Counted from the stretch's first letter, positions 1-9,925 are shown. The stretch: 64,000 nt of DNA from Bacteroidetes bacterium UBA7662 (GCA_002483345.1 DLHS01000016.1:21956-85955), one strand, 5' to 3'. A program made the numbers and translations. The notes: generated from the letters alone by a model not told the origin.

Positions 1-671
1 TGGGGTTCGGACGTGCCAATAACCTGGGTGCCTCCACTGCCCGGGGTGATTATTTATTTTTTCTCAATCCGGATACCGAACTGTTGTCGCCAGTACCGGC
101 CCTGCTAAAGGCATTGCTGGAGCAAGATGCCTACAGCCAGGTGGGCGTTGCCGGGGTGAGCATCGTCAATGAATTTGAAAAAGCAGATGTAGCGGCCGGG
201 AATTTCCCGACACCCGCTACCTTGTTGCAGGAGCTTTTTCCTGCCCGATTGTTCCCCTATACCCTCCGGACAGCGCCCTTGTCGGAAAATGTGGTATCGG
301 TAGATTATGTTTCGGGGGCTGATTTATTCTTCCGCCGATTTGTTTTCGAACAAGCCGGCGGCTTTGACCCCGACTTCTTTTTGTACTACGAAGAAACGGA
401 ACTGCAATACCGGGTAGCAAAAATGGGCTATCAGCGGGTTCTGCTGACCGATGCCCGGCTCAAACATTTGTGCGGAACGCCCGACCACAAAGTATCGGAC
501 CGGAAAATCCGGATATTTGAAACCAGCCGTCTGCTGTTCCACCGGAAATGTTACGGCCCGGCAGGTGGTCTCTGGGCCCGTATCTGGCTGGTGTTGTTTT
601 ACGGCAGCCGCTTGCTGACGGGTGGTCCGCGACATTATTTAACCGGAATTAAAACCGCTTTTCAAAGCTGA
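1..671 (+). CDS. Glycosyltransferase family 2, 5'-truncated by the window edge
   Basis: Frame 3 is open from nt 3. The translation contains GFGRANNLGASTARGDYLFFLNPDTEL, a GT2 DxD-region motif. The C-terminal part matches GT2 C-terminal regions. The stop overlaps the next start (ATGA). Confidence 0.75.
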   Translation, partial: GFGRANNLGASTARGDYLFFLNPDTELLSPVPALLKALLEQDAYSQVGVAGVSIVNEFEKADVAAGNFPTPATLLQELFPARLFPYTLRTAPLSENVVSVDYVSGADLFFRRFVFEQAGGFDPDFFLYYEETELQYRVAKMGYQRVLLTDARLKHLCGTPDHKVSDRKIRIFETSRLLFHRKCYGPAGGLWARIWLVLFYGSRLLTGGPRHYLTGIKTAFQS

Positions 672-1597
672 TGCCTTTTTTTAGCGTTGTCATACCCCTC
701 TATAACAAAGCCTCCTGGATTGGAGCCACCCTTGACAGTGTGCTGGGGCAATCATTTCAGGATTTCGAATTGCTGGTGATCAACAACGGCAGCACCGATG
801 GCAGCGAACAGGTAGTTGAATCGTATCAGGATAACCGCATCCGGCTGTTTCACCAGGAAAATGGAGGGGTTTCCCGGGCCCGGAATGCAGGCATACTGGA
901 GGCAAAAGCCCATTTTATTGCCTTCCTGGATGCCGATGACCTGTGGGCACCTGCTTTTCTGGAACAGTTGCACCAACTCATACAGCAATATCCGGAAGCA
1001 ACGGCCTATGGTTGTCAGTATGCCTTCAGACAGAAGTATACAGACATACCGCCGCATCAGCCCCTCCTTTCGGGTGAAAAAATGCAGTTGATTGACAATT
1101 ATTTCGATCAGGTGGCTGCCGGAGATATGCTGCTGACTGCGTCATCCGTCTGCATTCCCAAAAAATGGTTTACGAAAGTTGGCCTGTTCCCGGAGGGGGA
1201 ACGGATAGGAGAAGATCAGGATATGTGGGCACGTCTGGCTCTGGCAGGCCCGCTGGCCTTTCATGGTAGTTGTGCTGCTTATTACAGGCAGGAGGTGGGC
1301 GGCATGGCCACTGCGGCCAGACCGGAGGCACAGCTCTGGCCATTTGTAGAGAGACTCTTGCATAAACTCCGTTCCGGCCGGATTCCACAAAATCTTGAAC
1401 CCTCGGTAAGGCGATATGCTGTCAGGCAATTACTCGGACAAGCCAGTCAGCTGGTGTTGGATGGTCAGCAAAAAGCTGCCGGCGTCCTGTTGGCAATACC
1501 GGAAGCCCGTTCGGGTGGAAAACGTTTCCTGTATTGGAAATTTGTGAATCAGCTCCCTGCCTTTTTGCTGTTTTTTATCAAAAAGAGACATGGTTGA
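671..1597 (+). CDS. Glycosyltransferase family 2
   Basis: Canonical GT2 N-terminus (VVIPLYNKASWIGATLDSVLGQSF...LLVINNGSTDGS...FLDADDLW). 308 aa, translationally coupled to both neighbours. Confidence 0.85.
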   Translation: MPFFSVVIPLYNKASWIGATLDSVLGQSFQDFELLVINNGSTDGSEQVVESYQDNRIRLFHQENGGVSRARNAGILEAKAHFIAFLDADDLWAPAFLEQLHQLIQQYPEATAYGCQYAFRQKYTDIPPHQPLLSGEKMQLIDNYFDQVAAGDMLLTASSVCIPKKWFTKVGLFPEGERIGEDQDMWARLALAGPLAFHGSCAAYYRQEVGGMATAARPEAQLWPFVERLLHKLRSGRIPQNLEPSVRRYAVRQLLGQASQLVLDGQQKAAGVLLAIPEARSGGKRFLYWKFVNQLPAFLLFFIKKRHG

Positions 1598-2402
1598 ATC
1601 AAAAAAGAAGGTGGATACCCTCGCCATTCTGGTCTGTTATGGGCAGGACTTCCGGCAATGCAGCAGCTGGCTTAGTTTACGGGTTGCAGCCGGAGCCCAA
1701 TTAGACTGGTTTGTGGCCGACAACAGCCCACACCCTGTTCTGCAGGACGAAGCCATCGTTTACAGGCATTACCCACACAATCCCGGCGTAAGTGTTGCTT
1801 ATCTGGAAGGGGCTGCATTTGCCAGAAATGAAGGGTACAGTTGGATATTATTATTGGATCAGGATACAAATTTCCCGGCAGAAAGCTGGCAGGCCTATCA
1901 GGAGGCACGTACGCAATGGCCTGATTATGCACTTTACAGCCCACAGCTTTGGTCTGCACAGAAAGGCATATCACCCGCACCGGCCAGATTCGGGAGGGCC
2001 TTTGCCAGTGAAAAGCTGCCCTCAGGGCCTTATTCGCTGGCAGCTTACAGCCCGATCAATGCAGGCATGTTGCTTTCGCTCGATGCTTATCTGGCCGTAG
2101 GTGGTCATGTGCCCAGTGTTTACCTCGACTTCAGCGATTATGCCTTTATCCGGAAATTCCGCAGGAAGTTCCCCAAGGCTGTTGCGCTCCCCCTTCGTAT
2201 CCATCACCACCTTTCGGGTACAGAAAAGAGAACAAAAGAGCAGGACTTTACCCGATTCGGCCATTACTGCCGTTGTGCCAAAGCATATGCCCGCGTTGGT
2301 GGTCCCCGTTTCTGGTTGTTTTTCTGGGCCTTTGCCCGGGCATTGCTGCTTGGTATCCGGCACCGCAGCTTCCGCTTTTTTGGTTTAATTTTAACCTCTT
2401 AA
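1590..2402 (+). CDS. GT2-like glycosyltransferase (rhamnosyltransferase-like)
   Basis: 270 aa. LAILVCYGQD...WILLLDQDTNFP resembles a GT2/WbbL-like DxD region. 8-nt overlap with the upstream gene. Confidence 0.55.
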   Translation: MVESKKKVDTLAILVCYGQDFRQCSSWLSLRVAAGAQLDWFVADNSPHPVLQDEAIVYRHYPHNPGVSVAYLEGAAFARNEGYSWILLLDQDTNFPAESWQAYQEARTQWPDYALYSPQLWSAQKGISPAPARFGRAFASEKLPSGPYSLAAYSPINAGMLLSLDAYLAVGGHVPSVYLDFSDYAFIRKFRRKFPKAVALPLRIHHHLSGTEKRTKEQDFTRFGHYCRCAKAYARVGGPRFWLFFWAFARALLLGIRHRSFRFFGLILTS

Positions 2403-2497
2403 CCCTTACTTTGAAGACAAAGACCTCTTTCTCCTGGCCCTTGCTCCTGTGTTGGCTGGTGCTGACAGAACTGGTGCTGGGTGGGGGTGGCCGCTGG

Positions 2498-3709
2498 ATG
2501 AGTATGGGACCACTCAGTCCACGCATGATACTGTTCGGGCTTGTCCAGCTTACAGTCCTTTATCAGCTGATAAGTGGCAAATGGAATTGGAAAATACCCT
2601 TTTTACCATTTTTAGCAGTTTTTTTCGGAATCACAACCTTCTCGGCCTTGTGGGGATGGCAACAGGGAGCCAGTCTGACAGCGGTGTTTACGGACGTCAA
2701 ACCCCTTCTATTCTGGGCAAACCTGGCATTTTTCGCTTACGTTTTTTCGGATTTAAGTCAGTTAAGCAACCTCCGGTTCCTGTTTAAGTGGACTACTTTC
2801 GGCTTGGCGGTGAGTTACCTGGCCTTATTACTTTTCTGGCAGCTGAATTGGATAGATGCGGAAAAAATGTACCGGCATCTCGCCCTGAACGAAGAGTTTT
2901 CCTTTCGGGGGAACCTGGGTTTTATGTATAAGGGTTTTGTGTTTTTACCTGTCGGCATGTTTTTCTGGTTACAGGAGAAGGGCTACCGCAAGTACTTTGT
3001 ACTTCTCCTGCTGTATCTGGCTGTATTATTCACCTTTACCCGTGGTTTTTGGGCCATATTATTTTTCATCCATATTTTTTATACGCTCGTTTACCGGCCC
3101 GGGAAATGGGTAAACTGGGTAGCTGCTGCCTTTATGCTGGTAAGTGTATATGCCGCCGGTTTATATGTGGCCAGTCAGCCCAAAGCCTATTTCAAAGGAC
3201 AGGAGGCAGGAGAGATTTTAAACAATGCAGAGAAGCTACAGCAGTCGTTGAGCCAGACGGAAAAGGAAATCAGTGGCGCCTTTAAGCAAGGGTTTGAACA
3301 CCGGGAAGCCTCCATACTCGATCGTTTCATACAGATTCGGCAGGTGGCAGAAGCTACCACCCCTCTTTCCCTTGTTATGGGTCACGGTTTCGGACATGGG
3401 ATTGCGAGCCGGCCGGTTCACATGGAAATAACCTATCTGGAGGTCTTCCACAAACAAGGTTTAGCAGGTCTTGGTCTTTGGATCTGGCTTTTCCTGGCTT
3501 TGGTTAAAAGATTTTACATTGCCATCGGGCGAAAAATCAGAGCCGTTGATGCCTCGTCAGACAGTTTTGTATTTTTTGCATCCGCTTGTTTTATGTTTGG
3601 TATTTCCTGCCTCAACCCGTTTATCAACGCTCCTATGGGGCTGGGCATGCTGGCACTCTCCCTTATCGTACTGGAAAAACTGAGCCAACAAAAAGAGACA
3701 GCCCTATGA
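2498..3709 (+). CDS. Wzy_C / O-antigen ligase-family membrane protein (polymerase or ligase)
   Basis: Polytopic membrane protein carrying an H-x-E-x-x-YLE...G-L-x-G motif (VHMEITYLEVFHKQGLAGLG) typical of the O-antigen ligase/Wzy_C domain. The track ORF begins at a TTG at 2273, overlapping the upstream gene by 130 nt, so the first ATG (2498) was chosen. The start is uncertain. Confidence 0.55.
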   Translation: MSMGPLSPRMILFGLVQLTVLYQLISGKWNWKIPFLPFLAVFFGITTFSALWGWQQGASLTAVFTDVKPLLFWANLAFFAYVFSDLSQLSNLRFLFKWTTFGLAVSYLALLLFWQLNWIDAEKMYRHLALNEEFSFRGNLGFMYKGFVFLPVGMFFWLQEKGYRKYFVLLLLYLAVLFTFTRGFWAILFFIHIFYTLVYRPGKWVNWVAAAFMLVSVYAAGLYVASQPKAYFKGQEAGEILNNAEKLQQSLSQTEKEISGAFKQGFEHREASILDRFIQIRQVAEATTPLSLVMGHGFGHGIASRPVHMEITYLEVFHKQGLAGLGLWIWLFLALVKRFYIAIGRKIRAVDASSDSFVFFASACFMFGISCLNPFINAPMGLGMLALSLIVLEKLSQQKETAL

Positions 3710-4419
3710 CCCGAGTAAGTGTTTGTATGCCTGTTTACAACGGCGCTGAGTGGCTGGCGGAACAACTCGATTCCATTCTGCAGCAATTGGGGCCGGAAGA
3801 TGAGATTGTCGTCAATGATGACGGTTCCCGCGACAACAGCATGCAGTTGCTGAGCAGCTATCAGCAACGAGACCCGCGCGTGCGAATACTACCTGCCAGG
3901 AAGTTCGGGAATGTGGTCTACAATGTAGAGTACCTCCTGCAACAGGCTAGGGGAAGTTTTATTTTACTGAGTGACCAGGATGATATCTGGGCACCGGAAA
4001 AGGTGACCCGGATGTTGGCGGCCTTGTCGGATCATACGCTGGTAGTGCATGATTGTGCGGTAGTGGATGCCGGGAAAACACTGCTTCACCCTTCTTTTTA
4101 TGAGATGCACGGCAGTGGCCCTGGCAGATTTAAAAATATCGTCCGCAATAGCTATCTGGGCTGCTGCATGGGATTCCGGAAGGAGTTGCTTCAAACGGCG
4201 CTTCCTTTTCCGGAAAAACTGGATATGCACGATATCTGGCTGGGAAACATAGCGGCATGGTGGTATGAGCTGGTATTTATTAACGATAGACTCCTTTCCT
4301 ACCGACGGCATGGCGGCAATGCTTCTTCTGCCTCAGAAGCCAGCAAATACAATCGTTTGCAGCAAATTGGCATGCGCCTGAAGCTGGTGGCCCAACTTTT
4401 TAAAAGATATTTACGCTGA
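3706..4419 (+). CDS. Glycosyltransferase family 2
   Basis: The ATG at 3706 overlaps the upstream stop. MTRVSVCMPVYNGAEWL...VVNDDGSRDNS...LSDQDDIW is a GT2 signature. Confidence 0.8.
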   Translation: MTRVSVCMPVYNGAEWLAEQLDSILQQLGPEDEIVVNDDGSRDNSMQLLSSYQQRDPRVRILPARKFGNVVYNVEYLLQQARGSFILLSDQDDIWAPEKVTRMLAALSDHTLVVHDCAVVDAGKTLLHPSFYEMHGSGPGRFKNIVRNSYLGCCMGFRKELLQTALPFPEKLDMHDIWLGNIAAWWYELVFINDRLLSYRRHGGNASSASEASKYNRLQQIGMRLKLVAQLFKRYLR

Positions 4420-5174
4420 TGCGTGTCTCCATCATTACCGTTTGCTTTAACAGTGCCGGAACCATTGCCGATACTTTCCGGAGTGTGGCCGCTCAAACCC
4501 ACGCCGGTACAGAACACATTGTAGTCGACGGAGGTAGCACTGACGGAACGGTTACGCTTATACAAGAATATGCAGCTGCTCAGCCTTCCGGTCGTGTAAA
4601 ATGGGTCAGTGAGGCAGACAAGGGCCTGTACGATGCCATGAACAAGGGGCTTGCATTGTGTACGGGAGAGGTGGCAGGATTTCTGAATGCAGATGATTTT
4701 TATGCTTATCCCGGCGCTATATCCGATCTGGTTGCCACTTTCCAGGCAGAAAAAACGGCCTGTGTTTACACAGACCTCCATTATGTGGATGCGCAACAGA
4801 CCGGCAAGGTTACCCGTAAGTGGAAAGCCGGGAAATATCAAAAAAATGCCTTTTTATGGGGCTGGATGCCTCCCCATCCTACCTTTTATGTCAAAACTGC
4901 CGTGTACAAAAGGCTGGGTGGTTACCGGCTTGATTTAAAAAGTGCTGCTGACTACGAGCTGATGTTGCGTTTTTTGCATAAAAACAAGATTACAGCAGCC
5001 TATCTGCCCAAAACCACGGTTTTGATGCGCGCAGGAGGGGTAAGCAATGCCAGCGTACAAAACAGGCTTATCGCCAATCAAATGGATCGCAAGGCATGGG
5101 TAGTGAATGGCCTGAAACCCTACTTTTTCACCCTTTGGGTAAAGCCATTGCGGAAAATCGGCCAGTTTTTTTAG
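4419..5174 (+). CDS. Glycosyltransferase family 2
   Basis: MRVSIITVCFNSAGTI...VVDGGSTDGT...LNADDFY is a GT2 signature. ATGA overlap with the upstream gene. Confidence 0.8.
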   Translation: MRVSIITVCFNSAGTIADTFRSVAAQTHAGTEHIVVDGGSTDGTVTLIQEYAAAQPSGRVKWVSEADKGLYDAMNKGLALCTGEVAGFLNADDFYAYPGAISDLVATFQAEKTACVYTDLHYVDAQQTGKVTRKWKAGKYQKNAFLWGWMPPHPTFYVKTAVYKRLGGYRLDLKSAADYELMLRFLHKNKITAAYLPKTTVLMRAGGVSNASVQNRLIANQMDRKAWVVNGLKPYFFTLWVKPLRKIGQFF

Positions 5175-5300
5175 ACAACGAGATTTCGAGAGGCGAGAAG
5201 CGAGACTTTTGCGCCTGCGGCGCAGTCCATAGCCGATAACCACACTGCCGCACAGCGGCAGTAAAAAGTCTCGCTTCTCGCCTCTCGAAATCTCGCTGTC
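5174..5300. repeat. Nested-palindromic MITE/REP-like intergenic element, copy 1
   Basis: 37-nt terminal inverted repeats (5174-5210 and 5264-5300, 1 mismatch) flank a 53-bp core with two GC-rich sub-hairpins (gcgcctgcggcgc; ctgccgcacagcggcag). The left arm begins at the stop codon of the GT2 gene. The 31-nt core of the arm (gagatttcgagaggcgagaRgcgagactttt) recurs at 59610-59640. Confidence 0.7.
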
Positions 5301-5348
5301 TAAGAAAAGAAACCGCTGCGAAGCAGCTCCATTATTTATATTTGAGGT

Positions 5349-6644
5349 ATGATTAACCTGATCCTTTCAGGAGGCAGCGGTACCCGTTTGTGGCCTCTTT
5401 CGCGCAAGTTTATGCCCAAGCAGTTTTATCCGCTTCTGGGTGAAAAAACGTTGTTTGAGCGAACAGTTGAGCGCAATGCTTCCACTTGCAAAGCTTACTG
5501 GATTGTTACCAATCAGGATCAGGCTTTGCTTGCCGAAGCACAAATGGGAGCACATGAAGCCCGCTTCATCCTGGAGCCTGTAGGCAGAAATACCGCACCC
5601 GCCATTGCGTTGGTTTGCCATCTCCTTGAGCCGGATACAGTGGTACTCGTGAGTGCCAGCGATCACCTGATTAAAAAGCAAGCTGCTTACGAAAAAGTGG
5701 TAGCCCGTGCTTCCAAACTGGCTGAAGAAGGGTTTCTGGTCACCTTCGGCATCAAACCTTCCTACGCTGAAACCGGCTATGGCTACATTGAGTCAAAAGG
5801 GGAGGAAGTTTTATCGTTCAAGGAAAAACCGGATGCGGTAACGGCGGCACAATACCTTGCCAGCGGTAATTATCTCTGGAACAGTGGCATGTTCTGTTTC
5901 AAAGCCGGAACCTTTCTGGAAGAGCTGAAGAAACATGCCCCCGAGGTATACCACAAATCAAAAGAAGCCCTGAAAAATCATCCTGCAGAGGACGAAATAA
6001 TCGAAATTACTCCGGAGGCCATGCAGGCCATACCGGAAATCAGCATCGATTATGGTGTCATGGAAAAAAGTGATAAGGTGCGGGTGGTGCCTGCCGACAT
6101 CGGCTGGAGTGATCTGGGCAGTTTTGATGCCCTCTACGAAGAACTGCCCCATGATGAGCATGGAAATACGGAAGCGGAAATCACCAACTTCCTGGGAGCA
6201 AAAAATAACCTTGTTTTCAACCGCTCCGACAGCCGGTTGGTACTGCTGGATGTGGAAGACCTGCTGGTGGTAAAAACGCAGACCGCGACCCTCATCGGCC
6301 GCAGAGGACACTCACAAAACGTAAAAAAAGCAGTCGACTTCCTGAAAAAAGAAAACGCCTGGGAACTCAACACCCATGAGAGCCAGGTACTGAGTTATGG
6401 CATTCAAAGGGTCATCAGCTCAACGCCCGAATACGAGCTGGTGGAATTATTTCTGCATCCGGGAGAGACCATTCATACCCATCCGGGTGAACATATTTCC
6501 ATTCAGTTGATTTCAGGCAGTCTGCAACTCGATGAACGTCAACTTAAGTTGGGTGAAAGTATTTCAGCACAAAAAAATGCGCTTAAGTTATTTAACCCTG
6601 ATTTAGAGCAACCCTGCTTGCTGCTTATTACTCATTTGCATTGA
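5349..6644 (+). CDS. manC: Mannose-1-phosphate guanylyltransferase (GDP-mannose pyrophosphorylase) with C-terminal cupin
   Basis: N-terminal LILSGGSGTRLWPLSR nucleotidyltransferase motif. C-terminal cupin region (LHPGETIHTHPGEHISIQ). 431 aa. Confidence 0.85.
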   Translation: MINLILSGGSGTRLWPLSRKFMPKQFYPLLGEKTLFERTVERNASTCKAYWIVTNQDQALLAEAQMGAHEARFILEPVGRNTAPAIALVCHLLEPDTVVLVSASDHLIKKQAAYEKVVARASKLAEEGFLVTFGIKPSYAETGYGYIESKGEEVLSFKEKPDAVTAAQYLASGNYLWNSGMFCFKAGTFLEELKKHAPEVYHKSKEALKNHPAEDEIIEITPEAMQAIPEISIDYGVMEKSDKVRVVPADIGWSDLGSFDALYEELPHDEHGNTEAEITNFLGAKNNLVFNRSDSRLVLLDVEDLLVVKTQTATLIGRRGHSQNVKKAVDFLKKENAWELNTHESQVLSYGIQRVISSTPEYELVELFLHPGETIHTHPGEHISIQLISGSLQLDERQLKLGESISAQKNALKLFNPDLEQPCLLLITHLH

Positions 6645-8218
6645 TGAGAGTATTCCTGCTTTTTCTTTTTTCGCTCCTGACCTTCATAGGTTATGGTCAG
6701 CACATTCCTTCAAACTTCAGCCTGAACCGATTCTGGCAGCTGGAATTTGAAAGACAGAATAGTTTGCTGGAAAATAAAGCGCATACATCCATCCGCCCCT
6801 GGATAAACAACAGTCAGCAGCTGGCACCTTCGGGAGACAGCCTGGGAACCGGTGAGAAATCATGGCTCTATCGTAAGGTGTACCGGGAACATCTGGTTGA
6901 CTACAGAAAAGAAGACTGGAGCATTCAGCTGGATCCGTTGATGGATCTGCAGCTGGGTGGTTCACAGGGAGGTTCGTTAGCAGTAAATACCCGCGGGGTA
7001 CAGCTACAGGGTAATATCGGCACCCGTTTCGCCTTCTACTCCAGCTTTTTCGAAACCCAGGCCACTCATCCTGATCATGTTACCAATAAAATCCGGAGCA
7101 CACGGGTGGCTCCTGCACAGGGTAATGTGCGTGATTTTGGCAGCAGGGGATTTGATTATGCGCAATCTGTGGCATACGTTTCCTTCTCCCCCAATAAACA
7201 CTTCAACTTCCAGTTCGGACATGACAGACATTTCATTGGCGATGGTTACAGGTCGCTCTTGCTGTCAGATGCCTCCTTCCCACATCCTTACTTCAGAATA
7301 CTGACCGATGTAGGGCCCTTTCAGTATATGTATCTGGTCAGTCAGTATACCGATTTAGTGGCTCCCCGGCTCTCAAATCAGTTGGGTAACCGGCAGAAAT
7401 ACAGTGCCATGGGATATCTTGACTGGCGCATAGGCAAACGGTTTACCCTGGGGTTCTTTCAGGCTGTGGTCTGGCAGGCGGATGATTCTACAGGCAGAAG
7501 AGGTCTGGATGTAAACTACCTGAATCCCATTATATTCCTGCGCCCTGTAGAATTCAGCCTGGGTTCTGAAGGCAATATGCTGCTTGGTCTGAATGCCAAA
7601 CTCAAACTCAGCGATCATCACCTGTTGTACGGGCAGTTGATCCTCGATGAATTCGATTTTTCAGAACTCGTAGCTCAAAACGGCTATTGGGCCAATAAAT
7701 ATGGCTTTCAACTGGGTTATAAAGGCTTTGATATGTTTGGTATCCCCCACCTGGCCTTGCAGTCGGAGGTCAATACGGTTCGCCCCTATACTTACAGTCA
7801 TTGGACAAGTCTGACCAATTATGGTCAATACAATGAACCTTTGGCCCATCCTTTCGGGGCCAATTTTATAGAGTGGGTAAACTTCATTAATTATCGCAAA
7901 GACCGGTACTACGGTCAGTTGCAGCTGATGGCAGCTACCATCGGATACAATGAAGCAGGCAGCAGCGCTGGTCAGGATATTTTCAGCAGCTATTATACCC
8001 GAAGCAGGGACTACGGGAACACCATTGGTCAGGGTAATACCACCAATATTTTTCTTGCTGGTTTGAAAGGGGGGTATATCCTCAACACCCAAACCAATTT
8101 AAGACTTGAGCTCAGTCTTCACCACCGGCAATCACGTCAGGCGTCGGGCACACAAAATGATCAGTGGATAATGCTCGGCCTCGTAAGCAGCATCCGGAAT
8201 CTGTATTACGATTTCTAA
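6641..8218 (+). CDS. Secreted outer-membrane beta-barrel protein, possibly Wzi-like capsule-assembly protein
   Basis: Signal peptide (MMRVFLLFLFSLLTFIGYGQ). 525 aa, rich in Gly/Tyr/Asn beta-strand repeats, with a C-terminal aromatic terminus (YYDF) typical of OM beta-barrels. The size and locus context fit Wzi-family proteins. The family assignment is inference. Confidence 0.4.
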   Translation: MMRVFLLFLFSLLTFIGYGQHIPSNFSLNRFWQLEFERQNSLLENKAHTSIRPWINNSQQLAPSGDSLGTGEKSWLYRKVYREHLVDYRKEDWSIQLDPLMDLQLGGSQGGSLAVNTRGVQLQGNIGTRFAFYSSFFETQATHPDHVTNKIRSTRVAPAQGNVRDFGSRGFDYAQSVAYVSFSPNKHFNFQFGHDRHFIGDGYRSLLLSDASFPHPYFRILTDVGPFQYMYLVSQYTDLVAPRLSNQLGNRQKYSAMGYLDWRIGKRFTLGFFQAVVWQADDSTGRRGLDVNYLNPIIFLRPVEFSLGSEGNMLLGLNAKLKLSDHHLLYGQLILDEFDFSELVAQNGYWANKYGFQLGYKGFDMFGIPHLALQSEVNTVRPYTYSHWTSLTNYGQYNEPLAHPFGANFIEWVNFINYRKDRYYGQLQLMAATIGYNEAGSSAGQDIFSSYYTRSRDYGNTIGQGNTTNIFLAGLKGGYILNTQTNLRLELSLHHRQSRQASGTQNDQWIMLGLVSSIRNLYYDF

Positions 8219-8223
8219 ACGGG

Positions 8224-9471
8224 CTAACGGTTCGGGGCACTCACTTTATCAGGCAAATTCAAATAAAGGAGAGAAGAAAAAATACCAAAGAACAAAACAC
8301 CCCTGTGCCAGAAGAGAATGGTTTCCGTCTGGAGGCAAAGAAAAATAAAGGCGAGAAATGCTACAAAAAGGAGATTTTTTGTCTTGAAACCCCTTCTTAT
8401 GCCGTAAACAAAAATTCCCAGAAGCAGAAAAGACTGAATAAGACCACCATAAAGAGCTGCTTCTACAAACTGGTTATGACTATTGTATTGTCCCACAAGA
8501 CCTGTCTGAAATCCCTTTTGGGTATACACTTCCCTGAGTGCGTCCTTCCCATCTCCGGCACCTGTACCAAACCATAAATTATCCTGTATTACTTCTGCAG
8601 CGCACTCCCATTGGGCCAAACGAACAGTAATGCCATTGTAGTCAGCTGCCTGATAGGTTTTAATATCATAATCCAGACTTTCAGTCACCTCGAGCAATCT
8701 TAGTTGTACCTGGGAGGGTAAAAAACGGAAACTGAGTACGAACAGCAAGACTATGCCCAATAAAACAGCCACCGGCTTCCACCGCTTCAGTGTTATTGCC
8801 TGATAAACAACGGCCAGCCCCAGGGTAAGCAGGGCAGCCAGCATGGTCATTCTGCCATTAAGCATCACCAGACAAGCGAGCAGGCAGATTCCGGCAGTGA
8901 TACTCCCTGTATTTACCCGCCAGTGTTTATCCATCCAGAATTTGACAAGGATACCGAGACTGACTATCAGCTGCAAGCTGAAATACCCCGGATGCATAAT
9001 CGGCTCGGATAAACCCGTGTAGAAAAAGTAAGCGTAATATATGGTCTCATCTATCACCGGTGAATGATAAACGCGCCAGGCTGCGAAGACAAATGCACCG
9101 GCAACTGCCGCCAGCGATGACAGCAACTGTGCTTTGAATAACCACCTTAAATCCGCCTGATCAGGTTTCCTGATTAACAACAGACCAGGAAGCAACACCA
9201 ATAGTAACTGAGTCCCCAGATTCGAGCCGGCATCTGCCCAATTTTGAGTCCATAACAAGCTCAAAAGCTGCCAGCAGAAATAAAACAACAGTCCTCTGAA
9301 CCAGCCATTGTGCCTTAATTCCCGCCAATTATTTGACTTCCAGCCAACCAAAACAAGGAGTATCAGCACTGCCAAAGCATAGCTGCTAAACCAAACCGGT
9401 AAAAACTGCGAAACGATTAAAAGCATCCAGCCGGCACGTATTGGCCAACCCATCGATTCGCTATTCAGCAT
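8224..9471 (-). CDS. Wzy_C / O-antigen ligase-family membrane protein
   Basis: Polytopic membrane protein with a YNSHNQFVEAALYGGLIQ motif (H-N-x-F-x-E...G) characteristic of O-antigen ligase/Wzy_C. It is a lone minus-strand gene inside the plus block. Confidence 0.55.
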   Translation of the reverse strand: MLNSESMGWPIRAGWMLLIVSQFLPVWFSSYALAVLILLVLVGWKSNNWRELRHNGWFRGLLFYFCWQLLSLLWTQNWADAGSNLGTQLLLVLLPGLLLIRKPDQADLRWLFKAQLLSSLAAVAGAFVFAAWRVYHSPVIDETIYYAYFFYTGLSEPIMHPGYFSLQLIVSLGILVKFWMDKHWRVNTGSITAGICLLACLVMLNGRMTMLAALLTLGLAVVYQAITLKRWKPVAVLLGIVLLFVLSFRFLPSQVQLRLLEVTESLDYDIKTYQAADYNGITVRLAQWECAAEVIQDNLWFGTGAGDGKDALREVYTQKGFQTGLVGQYNSHNQFVEAALYGGLIQSFLLLGIFVYGIRRGFKTKNLLFVAFLAFIFLCLQTETILFWHRGVLFFGIFSSLLYLNLPDKVSAPNR

Positions 9472-9532
9472 TTTAGGTTATTTTGCGGTGCCAAAACGTT
9501 GTTCTCAACCATATCAGCTCAAGATACGAAGG

Positions 9533-9925
9533 ATGCAAATTTTACAAGGAGACCTTTTCAAATTCATTAAGTTCGGAGTAGTTGGCTTTTCAGGTCTTCT
9601 GATTGACTTTGCCTTGACCTGGGTACTTAAAGAAAAGGCTCGGATTTCTCCTTATGCTGCCAATGCCGCAGGTTTTTTGGTCGCAGCGAGTTCTAACTGG
9701 TATCTCAACCGTATCTGGTCGTTTGAAAGTCAGAACAGCGAGTTGGTTGAGGAGTATTTTGCCTTTTTAGTTGTCTCTCTGCTTGGTTTGGTCATCAATA
9801 CAGCCGCTTTATTTGTAGGAATAAAAAAATTCAGACTCAATTTCTACCTGGCCAAAGCCATCGCCATCGCCATTACCACCTTCTGGAATTTTTTCGCCAA
9901 TTACTACTATACCTTTGCCGTATGA
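9533..9925 (+). CDS. GtrA-family membrane protein (putative polyprenyl-phosphate-sugar flippase subunit)
   Basis: About 130 aa, about 4 TM, KFGVVGFSGLLIDFALTWVL...NWYLNRIWSFES typical of GtrA. ATG at 9533 preferred over the upstream GTG at 9488. Confidence 0.65.
   Translation: MQILQGDLFKFIKFGVVGFSGLLIDFALTWVLKEKARISPYAANAAGFLVAASSNWYLNRIWSFESQNSELVEEYFAFLVVSLLGLVINTAALFVGIKKFRLNFYLAKAIAIAITTFWNFFANYYYTFAV

Noticed and set aside
2273-2497. N-terminal extension of the first Wzy_C-like ORF from a TTG start
   Set aside because: It would overlap the upstream GT2 gene by 130 nt. The first ATG at 2498 gives a conventional arrangement. The extension cannot be excluded because the region is hydrophobic.
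5337-5344. TATATTTG box upstream of manC as a -7 promoter element
   Set aside because: It lies only 5 nt before the ATG, so the transcript would start inside the coding sequence unless the mRNA is leaderless. Not enough support.
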